10,162 nt of DNA. Origin: an uncultured Nitrososphaerota archaeon (GTDB lineage: Archaea > Asgardarchaeota > Njordarchaeia > Njordarchaeales > Panguiarchaeaceae). Location: NCBI GenBank assembly GCA_964636085.1, contig CAZWPQ010000051.1, forward strand, positions 1-10,162, written 5' to 3'. This document shows positions 1-6,476 of the stretch, piece after piece (the first letter of the stretch is position 1; the number at the start of each line of letters is the position of its first letter). Position numbers and translations under genes: made by a program. The notes beneath the pieces were generated by a model, which saw only the letters and a list, made by a program, of their open reading frames with translations, did no database searches and was not told the DNA's origin.

Positions 1-158
1 CCCCGCCAGTATCTCCTCCCAAACCCCCTCCCCCAAAAGCCCCATTGAGAATAATTATTGCCCCTATAAACAGCATTTAGCCACAACCAATAGCATATTC
101 CTCTACCCCTTCCTCTACCTCTACCTCTACCACGAGGCCACCAACCATACCACGGCAT
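1..158 (-). CDS. RG-repeat, Trp/Tyr-rich low-complexity small protein (DUF5320-like composition); 3' end runs off the window
   Basis: Not in the ORF track. Manual translation from ATG 158 gives MPWYGWWPRGRGRGRGRGRGICYWLWLNAVYRGNNYSQWGFWGRGFGRRYWRG..., open to base 1. A GGTGG RBS lies just upstream, and there is an alternative in-frame ATG at 170. Confidence 0.8.
   Translation of the reverse strand, partial: MPWYGWWPRGRGRGRGRGRGICYWLWLNAVYRGNNYSQWGFWGRGFGRRYWR
112..131. repeat. (CCTCTA)3+ hexamer tandem repeat encoding part of the (RG)n tract
   Basis: Three exact CCTCTA copies at 112-129, with degenerate copies extending to about 100. Confidence 0.7.
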
Positions 159-184
159 CTTTACCACCATGATTATTCTTCATA

Positions 185-210
185 TTATAAATTTAATTAT
201 AACATTATAA
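185..210 (-). promoter_or_regulatory. Promoter/operator of the RG-repeat gene: TTATAA-N6-TTATAA-CA-TTATAA
   Basis: TTATAA at 185, 197 and 205. Bases 182-209 match 1309-1336 at 23/28 positions. The element overlaps a minus-strand TTTATAAT TATA candidate (191-184). Confidence 0.5.
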
Positions 211-222
211 CTCATTTTCAAA

Positions 223-564
223 TTATTTCTCCTTTATAATTTGACCAGATAAAATATCTATAACCACCCTCCTTATCGTTACCCTCCAAACTTTCTCTGG
301 CGCTCCTCCCTTTCCCGTCTCTCTATATCCCGAAACTTCAATAATACCCATTCTCTCAAGCTCACTTAAGTGGTAATAAAGTAGGGATCTAGGGATACTA
401 ACACCATAGTTCATCGCAAGCTCCCTAAATATCTCGCTAGTTGATTTCTCCCTATCCCCAATGATTCTGAGAATTGCCCAGCGTATCCCAGTAAATGCTG
501 CCAAAAAGTTGTTGTAGTAGTTTCTCCAACAACCCTGCAGTCGCCATCTCCTTCTCCTCATCAA
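223..564 (-). CDS. ArsR-like winged helix-turn-helix transcriptional regulator with an Arg-rich N-terminus
   Basis: IRWAILRII...KSTSEI...IPRSLLYYHLSELERMGII helix-turn-helix, followed by a GGAPEKVWRV wing. GGTGA lies 6 nt before TTG 564; ATG 561 is an alternative start. Confidence 0.85.
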   Translation of the reverse strand: MMRRRRWRLQGCWRNYYNNFLAAFTGIRWAILRIIGDREKSTSEIFRELAMNYGVSIPRSLLYYHLSELERMGIIEVSGYRETGKGGAPEKVWRVTIRRVVIDILSGQIIKEK

Positions 565-570
565 TACCCT

Positions 571-864
571 TCACCGCCCTCTCCTTCGCCTTCTTCTTCG
601 TCCTCCCCGCATCCCTCGGCCACCGTAGTACATTCCGCCATAATATCTTGGAGGCCCTTGATAGTACACATTTCTATTTAAAATGGGGACTGACTTATCA
701 GCATTACTTGATCGCGGTTGTAAATCGTATACATGAGCTGAATTAATGGCTGATATGCGTCTCAATACATAGTATAGTATGGCTAGGATTACTATTATAC
801 CGATAACGATTGCAATATAGGGAGGAAAAACAAAAAAAGATTCTAAGGATAACATTTCCATCAC
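571..864 (-). CDS. Small single-pass membrane protein with a C-terminal Tyr/Gly/Arg low-complexity tail
   Basis: Hydrophobic IAIVIGIIVILAILYYVL followed by RR; tail YYQGPPRYYGGMYYGGRGMRGGRRRRRRRGR. Tightly packed between its neighbours. The more likely start is ATG 855 (GGTGA 5 nt upstream). Confidence 0.75.
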   Translation of the reverse strand: MMEMLSLESFFVFPPYIAIVIGIIVILAILYYVLRRISAINSAHVYDLQPRSSNADKSVPILNRNVYYQGPPRYYGGMYYGGRGMRGGRRRRRRRGR

Positions 865-869
865 CTAGC

Positions 870-1268
870 CTAATAAATCATGCCTGGGCCTCTCCACCCC
901 CCACCTCTCCCTCTTCCTCCTCTCGCCCATCCCTTATCTAGCCTGTGGATCATATAATGGGGTGCCCCACAATAGGGACACTGAGCTGGCTTTGGAACAC
1001 CATAAGGTACCTCAATAATCTTATTACAACTATAGCAAAGGAATCTCTTCATGGGGGCTGGAATTCCAGGCGGCGGTGGAGTTTGGGGAGCTGTTGGAGT
1101 TGCTTGAGGAGTAGTAGTTGTACCTGTAGATTTATCATCGAACACCTGTACCAATAGCCCAGGACCTGCTCCACAAAGTGGGCAACGTATAGGATCAGAC
1201 GCGGATTTGGGGATTTCAAAAATACCTCCGCAGTTCATGCATTTGAATTTTTTCATGTCTTTCGACAT
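870..1268 (-). CDS. Tandem CxxC...CxxC metal-ribbon (Zn-ribbon/rubredoxin-like) protein with a Thr/Pro linker and RGG tail
   Basis: Two homologous units (MKKFKCMNC..FEIP..CPLCGA and MKRFLCYSC..IEVP..CPYCGA), linker TGTTTTPQATPTAPQTPPPPGIPAP, tail GWARGGRGRGGGWRG. GGTGA RBS 6 nt upstream. Confidence 0.85.
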   Translation of the reverse strand: MSKDMKKFKCMNCGGIFEIPKSASDPIRCPLCGAGPGLLVQVFDDKSTGTTTTPQATPTAPQTPPPPGIPAPMKRFLCYSCNKIIEVPYGVPKPAQCPYCGAPHYMIHRLDKGWARGGRGRGGGWRGPGMIY

Positions 1269-1301
1269 CCATACTCACCAATAATATATTGTCTATAACC
1301 A

Positions 1302-1337
1302 TTTATAAATATTACAAATATATTTGTAATATTATAG
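1302..1337 (-). promoter_or_regulatory. TATA box (1302-1309) abutting a perfect 26-bp palindrome (1308-1333); putative operator
   Basis: AATATTACAAATATATTTGTAATATT is self-complementary. TTTATAAA lies about 34-41 nt upstream of ATG 1268. Confidence 0.7.
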
Positions 1338-1707
1338 GAAAAATTAAAGAAGGCCAAATCAAGTATTTTCAAAGGACATATTATCACGAAAATGAGACTC
1401 CAGATGATAGAGTAATATATCCACTCGGAGTACCCATCTTTGACATTTTAACCACCAAATACAACGCCTTTTCTTCAATACGCGATGCCAACCCTATGAA
1501 AAGAATAAAAAAGATAAATCACCGAAAAAATGTTTATTTGTTTCATTTTTCCTACCCACAAGAAACTTATGTCATCTCATCAGTAGCTATGTGATTGGTG
1601 CTCTAGTCGTCCTTAATTTGTTAGAGGTATGAGTTAAGGAAAAACCAGATCGGGAGGGAATTAATTTACATCCGACAACAGAGCAGACGCAGCACAATTT
1701 GTTGCGC

Positions 1708-1727
1708 AAAGAAAAAAGAAAAGAAAA
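1708..1727 (-). terminator. Oligo-T archaeal terminator
   Basis: TTTTCTTTTCTTTTTTCTTT immediately after the stop codon at 1728. Confidence 0.65.
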
Positions 1728-4700
1728 CTAAAGACCAGAAGAATAGTGTCTACGAACAACCAACAAGGCAGCAATGACTAAGACAAAAACGATGGCAACA
1801 TAAAACCACAAAAACTCCCTTCCAATAGTTGTAGGAGTCTCTTCAGAAGTCTCTGTAGAGGTCTCAATAGGATAATCATTAGGATCAAGAGGATCAGTAC
1901 CATGCTCGATCTCATAACCATCCTCAAAACCATCATCGTCAGTGTCGGAGTCAAGCGGATCGGTACCATTCTGATACTCACCAAGATTAGACAAGCCATC
2001 ACCATCAACATCACCAGAAGCATCACTAGCATCTAGAGGATCAAGACCATATCCAACCTCCCAGCCATCCGACATACCATCATAATCGCTATCCCAGTTG
2101 AGGGGATCCGTGTTGTGTATAATATATTCCTCACTATCTGTCAAACCATCATCATCTGTATCAGGATCCCATGGATCAGTTCCTATTTGCGCCTCTAAAC
2201 TATTCGATAGCCCATCATTGTCGGAGTCTGGCGTTAGTTCTATTTTGATAAGCCCTGTGGTTCCCCATGATCTCGTGGTGTTTTGTCCGCAGAAAACTAT
2301 GTAGTCTGAGTGGAGAAATAGTTTGTAGCAGTAGATGTAACTTGTGGTGTTGAAGAGCTGTATTGATGTTTCATAGTTCATTGTGGTGCCATCATAATAA
2401 TGTTGCTGAATGTCTCCATACCAGAAATCACCTATTTTGTATGAACCGCTGAATATTAATTCGTCGTCTCCATCAAGATCATAATCATATCTTAAGAAGT
2501 AATATAAGCTGGAGCCCGCCCAACGAATATTTTCCCATACATATTCATACTCAAGATTAATGTTTGATCCATTATAATTTAGTATTAGTATAGCGCCCCA
2601 ATATACATTGCTAGCATTTCTCTCCCTCATATATGTTATTATTTCATCAACCCCATCAGAATCTATGTCCGTTTGAATTATGTGAGTATAGTATCCTCCT
2701 GAAACTTCCGCATATTTAAGCGTCCAAGATGCGTCAGACTCCAAGTAAAAGGAAGAGCCATCATATGTCATGACTCTAACATAGTAGTACCATTGCGTCC
2801 AAGGTTGGCTAGCATAATTTGACTGAACTAGTATCTCTATCTCGCCATCAACGTCGATATCACCTATATATAAACCGCTACCATAAGTAGGATCCGCTTT
2901 GCTCCAGTTTGTCTCGGCTTCTAAGGAGAACTGGGTTCCATCAAAGCTCCAGATGGCCACGTAAGTTCTGAGATCTCCCCACCCAGGTACCGCAATAAGA
3001 GTTCCTACTTCTACTAGTTCTTGCACTCCGTCCATATCTAGGTCTGCCACATAGAAGTGTCCACCACTATAATACTCTGCATTCCTTAGCGTTTGGTTAT
3101 ATAAATATGTTAGGGCACCAGAATCATATTCCAGTACACTCATTTCTATAGTCCATGGTTGGGATCCATAAACCCATATAAGTAATATTTCTTGCCTTCC
3201 ATCGCCATCATAGTCGATTATGCGTAAATAGTATGTTTCCGATTCATCTCTAGGCGTACTCCTAAGCTCCTCCTCTACTGTTAGCTCAGGGTATTGTGTG
3301 TAGTTCTCGAATACTAATACCCACAGATGTCTATAATCATATTCATAAGAAATGCCTAGACATACCATCTCTTCATTATCATCACCGTCAGCATCGTATA
3401 TGTATGAGTCACGTATATGCACAATAACATTGGGTCTCTTCCAGTAGAATGCTACCTTCGTATTGTTGTGTATTTCGATTACCCCAGTATTCCTTTTTGT
3501 GTAGGGTGATGTAGAATTAAAACCTGCTATAAAAATAGTTTCGCCGATGGTTATTGAAGCGTAAAAAATCATTCGGGAACCCAATGGTGCCGTTGCAAGC
3601 TCATACTTGCCCTCGTAATCTATTGATAATCCATTATGCATGAATACCTCCGACATGTACCAAATTTTGTTCTGTGATATGTTACGGTAGTAGCCTAGTG
3701 CAATTATTTCCATATCTGTGTCGTTGTCTATGTCTTTAAATGCAACGGTACGTATGCTATTATCATTCGCATTTGGCTCCCTCCAATTCGTTGCAGCCTC
3801 CATTGTTAAGGCTGAGCCATTATGATTATATATTGCAATTCCAGCTCTGTATATATTATTGCTATTCTCCGTTGTATTTGCTGTCAAGAATGGAGATACT
3901 ATCTCCACGACTCCATCCCCATCAACATCAAAAAACTCTACATCACTCCCAACACCCTCGATACGGTAACCCAATGGGGAGCCATACGAATGAGAAGCCT
4001 CTGTTGTTAGTGTCGTTCCATCCCACCGAAGAATCCTATGATATAAATACCAGTAGGTCCAAGGTTGAGAGGAGTAATGAGATCTGACCACTATTTCTAT
4101 ATCTCCATCAGCATCGACATCATATATTCCACATCCAGAGCAGTATGTAGGGTCGGCGAGAGCCCAGTTCGTTTGAACCTCTTTTACGAAAGCTGAGCCA
4201 TTATACTGCCATATGGCAATGTATGTCCTATAGTCCCCCCAACTTGGGTCATCAAGATATGTTCCAACCTCAACCAACTCATCAACCCCATCGCCATCCA
4301 CATCGCCCCCACAGATTTTCGTAGCACTATAGGTCTCATAGTTTCTTAATTGCTGATTGAATACGTTTGTAAGTCCATAGGAATTATACTCATAAACGTA
4401 TATATAGGAGTCATGATAGTCTCCCCTAGGATACCGTTTTAGAAAGAGTATGTCTTTTTGGCCATTATTATCATAATCAATTACTGTCATCAAACCAGAA
4501 TATTTTATGTCTTCTCTATCCTGTATCAGTGCTTTAGTTGATGCAGATAATGTATATGTCCCTGAATTATTCTCGTACACCAAAATCCAGTAGATATAAT
4601 AATTATACTCCCACGACGAACCCAGTGCAATAATCTCATTCTGTGTGTCACTATCGACATCTTCAATGATTATATAAATGAGCGAATTCGATGTCCTTGG

Positions 4701-4931
4701 CCTCTCCCAGACGATGAGGGTAGTATTATTTTCCATAGAAACACTAGAACTGTAAATATCTGTTTTATCAAAGTATCGTCTATTAGTTTGACCAAGATTT
4801 TTAAAGCCACGAAGCGCCAAATAGTGCAGAGTTTTATTACCTGTACTAGCCGTATTCCGTGGTTTCAAATCAATAATAAGGACCGAGATGGATATGAATA
4901 GCATGGCTAATAATAGATACCTTCTAACCAT
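1728..4931 (-). CDS. Large membrane-anchored cell-surface protein: signal peptide, two FG-GAP/VCBS-like DxDxDG beta-propeller units, Asp-rich thrombospondin-type-3-like repeats, C-terminal TM anchor
   Basis: N-terminal MVRRY plus hydrophobic stretch; 12 DxDxD(G)xxE/D-type hairpins; five DxDxDG[LMF]...E...DP repeats; Ser/Thr/Glu linker; TM FLWFYVAIVFVLVIAALLVV-RR; many N-x-S/T sequons; GGTGA RBS at 4938-4942. Confidence 0.9.
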   Translation of the reverse strand: MVRRYLLLAMLFISISVLIIDLKPRNTASTGNKTLHYLALRGFKNLGQTNRRYFDKTDIYSSSVSMENNTTLIVWERPRTSNSLIYIIIEDVDSDTQNEIIALGSSWEYNYYIYWILVYENNSGTYTLSASTKALIQDREDIKYSGLMTVIDYDNNGQKDILFLKRYPRGDYHDSYIYVYEYNSYGLTNVFNQQLRNYETYSATKICGGDVDGDGVDELVEVGTYLDDPSWGDYRTYIAIWQYNGSAFVKEVQTNWALADPTYCSGCGIYDVDADGDIEIVVRSHYSSQPWTYWYLYHRILRWDGTTLTTEASHSYGSPLGYRIEGVGSDVEFFDVDGDGVVEIVSPFLTANTTENSNNIYRAGIAIYNHNGSALTMEAATNWREPNANDNSIRTVAFKDIDNDTDMEIIALGYYRNISQNKIWYMSEVFMHNGLSIDYEGKYELATAPLGSRMIFYASITIGETIFIAGFNSTSPYTKRNTGVIEIHNNTKVAFYWKRPNVIVHIRDSYIYDADGDDNEEMVCLGISYEYDYRHLWVLVFENYTQYPELTVEEELRSTPRDESETYYLRIIDYDGDGRQEILLIWVYGSQPWTIEMSVLEYDSGALTYLYNQTLRNAEYYSGGHFYVADLDMDGVQELVEVGTLIAVPGWGDLRTYVAIWSFDGTQFSLEAETNWSKADPTYGSGLYIGDIDVDGEIEILVQSNYASQPWTQWYYYVRVMTYDGSSFYLESDASWTLKYAEVSGGYYTHIIQTDIDSDGVDEIITYMRERNASNVYWGAILILNYNGSNINLEYEYVWENIRWAGSSLYYFLRYDYDLDGDDELIFSGSYKIGDFWYGDIQQHYYDGTTMNYETSIQLFNTTSYIYCYKLFLHSDYIVFCGQNTTRSWGTTGLIKIELTPDSDNDGLSNSLEAQIGTDPWDPDTDDDGLTDSEEYIIHNTDPLNWDSDYDGMSDGWEVGYGLDPLDASDASGDVDGDGLSNLGEYQNGTDPLDSDTDDDGFEDGYEIEHGTDPLDPNDYPIETSTETSEETPTTIGREFLWFYVAIVFVLVIAALLVVRRHYSSGL
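1869..2228 (-). repeat. Five Asp-rich Ca-binding-type repeats
   Basis: DSDNDGLS, DTDDDGLT, DSDYDGMS, DVDGDGLS and DTDDDGFE, each followed by E...(T/L)DP. Confidence 0.9.
2235..4709 (-). repeat. Internal tandem duplication of a ~400-420 aa unit (aa ~75-496 and ~497-899)
   Basis: WERP..EIIALGSSWEY matches WKRP..EMVCLGISYEY. ELVEVGT..PxWGDxRTY, TNWxxADPTY and SQPWTxWY occur in both units. The ends also match: GFNST..TGVIEI and GQNTT..TGLIKI. Confidence 0.9.
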
Positions 4932-4961
4932 AAATATTCACCATTTTCTAGGACAATCACA

Positions 4962-5005
4962 GAACCCTCAGAAGACGCCTAGCTAGGAACGGCCTCTGAG
5001 GATTC
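4962..5005 (-). other. Stem-loop upstream of the surface-protein gene
   Basis: Arms GAACCCTCAGA and TCTGAGGATTC (10/11 complementary) flank the palindrome CCTAGCTAGG. Two DNA mismatches become G-U pairs on the minus-strand RNA. Confidence 0.6.
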
Positions 5006-5052
5006 CATGATTCTGAAAAACTATATATTATTAATTATATATTGGAATACTC

Positions 5053-5292
5053 CTATATTTTATATAAAATCTTGCAATGCGTTCGTCTACCGAGAAGGTT
5101 TCCAAGGCCATATGTTCCAGGTAGATCAACAAATCTTATCCTGTAGCCTCCTAAAATTTTCTCGCCCTCTTTCTTTTCGACCGCAACACATTGCCAGTTT
5201 CCCACATATTGTTTTGCCCAAGTTAGCTCATTAAAAAGAGTGGACTTTCCAACATTTGGGTTTCCAATAACTGCGACTGTTATATCCTTCAT
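5053..5292 (-). pseudogene. feoB: Truncated, degenerate ferrous iron transporter FeoB (N-terminal part of the GTPase domain only)
   Basis: G1 GNPNVGKS and G3 DLPG are present. The consensus LTG..VGNWPGVTVE reads LTW..VGNWQCVAVE here, so the G2 Thr is lost. After a frameshift near 5100 another frame continues SVDERIARFYI, then homology stops. There is no G4 motif or membrane domain. Confidence 0.9.
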
Positions 5293-5535
5293 TGGCCACC
5301 ACCTAGTTTCTTAACCTTAATATAACGAGCCTCCGACCTCCTCAAAGACAGGAAATAATTCCTAAGCTTGAACTCTATTGGGTCACCAATAGATGGCCCA
5401 GCCATCTCCACAACGACACCACGAATAAGGCCCTATAGCGAACCTCATCTTTAGATTTAATGGTGTCTCTTCATCATAGCCAACAACATCGGCAATTTCG
5501 CCCTTTTTGAGCTCTTCCAACCTAATTACATCCAT
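5289..5535 (-). pseudogene. feoA: Frameshifted second FeoA
   Basis: Not in the ORF track. ATG 5535 (GAGGAGG RBS) gives MDVIRLEELKKGEIADVVGY...MRFAI and stops at 5383. Shifting frame near 5433 gives GLIRGVVVEM..GDPIEFKLRNYFLSLRRSEARYIKV, ending in a TGA that overlaps the feoB ATG (ATGA). Confidence 0.85.
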
Positions 5536-5841
5536 TTAAATCCTCCTCACATAAATTTTCATAGCCATCCCAAAACCAATAGCAAATCTCGACTCACCTA
5601 TCTGTATCATGATCCCACCTGACCCCCTCCACAATACTCTAACCCTAACTCCAGGGACTATATTCATCCCAGCAATCTTACTCCTCATTCCTCTTCTAGC
5701 AAACACACGAACAACTATTCCTTCCTCACCAACATTGAGCATTGCTAAGGGAATCACATTTCCTACTCTTATATCAATACTAGATAAACTATATGCCAAC
5801 CGTCTAGCCCCCCATCGCGACAAGCCATGCACCAGAATCAT
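5536..5841 (-). CDS. feoA: Ferrous iron transport protein A (SH3-like)
   Basis: IPLAMLNVGEEGIVVRV...MNIVPGVRVRV...IGESRFAIGFGMAMKIYV. The start is uncertain: GTG 5757 gives a typical 73-aa FeoA, while ATG 5841 adds 28 aa. Confidence 0.85.
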   Translation of the reverse strand: MILVHGLSRWGARRLAYSLSSIDIRVGNVIPLAMLNVGEEGIVVRVFARRGMRSKIAGMNIVPGVRVRVLWRGSGGIMIQIGESRFAIGFGMAMKIYVRRI

Positions 5842-5874
5842 TTAGATTAATCTAATTTTATTAGAATTATCTAA
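5842..5874. promoter_or_regulatory. Tandem DtxR-family-type operators TTAGA-N4-TCTAA
   Basis: Perfect palindrome TTAGATTAATCTAA (5842-5855) and TTAGAATTATCTAA (5861-5874), 19-bp period. They lie just downstream of the minus-strand TTTATAAA (5881-5888) and resemble TTAG-N6-CTAA boxes of DtxR-family regulators. Confidence 0.8.
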
Positions 5875-5880
5875 TTTTGT

Positions 5881-5921
5881 TTTATAAATGAAAATTTATA
5901 ATTAGTTTTATAATATTATAA
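5881..5921. promoter_or_regulatory. Divergent promoter region: feo TATA box plus TTATAA-N6-TTATAA-TA-TTATAA element
   Basis: TTTATAAA at 5881-5888; TTATAA at 5896, 5908 and 5916. GAAAA-TTTATAAT (5890-5902) is also a plus-strand BRE/TATA candidate. Confidence 0.55.
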
Positions 5922-6005
5922 TCAGAATTGAAAAAAATAGTCACTACAGCAAGGAGAATACTATGCTTTGGTTGTCTCTTATTAAGAAATTTTCGTTATG
6001 TTTAA

Positions 6006-6452
6006 GTGTTGGAGATAGCAATGCTTGGGACTGAAAAAATAACAAGAGCCCTGGAGGATTGTCTGGAAGCTATGTTGATTCTGAAGAATAAGAAGGGATA
6101 TATCAGGCTTAGGGACTTATCAGATATGCTTAATATTGCCCCAAGTTCTGTTGTTAGTGTGTTGAAGAGGCTTGAGAAATTGGGATACATCAGATATATT
6201 AAAAGGGAAGCTATACTGCTCACCGAAAAAGGCGAAAAGACCGCCAGCAAGATTCTCGATAAGCATCTTACTATTAAGAGATTTCTCCAGCATGTATTAT
6301 TCTTGCCTGAGGATATCGCAGATAGTGATGCCTGTGTTATTGAGCATAGGGTTCACGACATAACAATACAAAGACTAAAAGCCTTAACCAAAATCGTTCT
6401 GGGCGACCCAGATTTGAGGAAAAAAATTTCCGAGGGAGTTAGGGGGGTATAG
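6006..6452 (+). CDS. DtxR/MntR-family metal-dependent transcriptional regulator (two-domain, no C-terminal SH3)
   Basis: EDCLEAM, HTH LRDLSDMLNIAPSSVVSVLKRL, LTEKG, KH and DACVIEH metal-site motif. Divergent from feo. ATG 6021 (GGAG upstream) is a likely alternative start. Confidence 0.92.
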   Translation: MLEIAMLGTEKITRALEDCLEAMLILKNKKGYIRLRDLSDMLNIAPSSVVSVLKRLEKLGYIRYIKREAILLTEKGEKTASKILDKHLTIKRFLQHVLFLPEDIADSDACVIEHRVHDITIQRLKALTKIVLGDPDLRKKISEGVRGV

Positions 6453-6476
6453 GAATATCTCTCTTGGCGATATAGT

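Noticed and set aside
451-574. Alternative minus frame over the ArsR 5' end (MKGIDEEKEMATAGLLEKLLQQLFGSIYW...), suggesting a frameshifted N-terminus
   Set aside because: The annotated frame is already open, has a well-spaced RBS, and fits the ArsR-like first helix; no frameshift is needed.
495-1157. Plus-strand ORFs 495-746 and 945-1157
   Set aside because: Antisense shadows of well-supported minus-strand genes.
1289-1594. 101-aa plus-strand ORF in the intergenic gap
   Set aside because: TTG start inside the opposite promoter and palindrome, no RBS, no recognisable motif.
1778-4087. Nested ORFs 1778-2032, 2098-2304, 3740-4087 and 3822-4010
   Set aside because: Off-frame or antisense products of the repetitive surface-protein gene.
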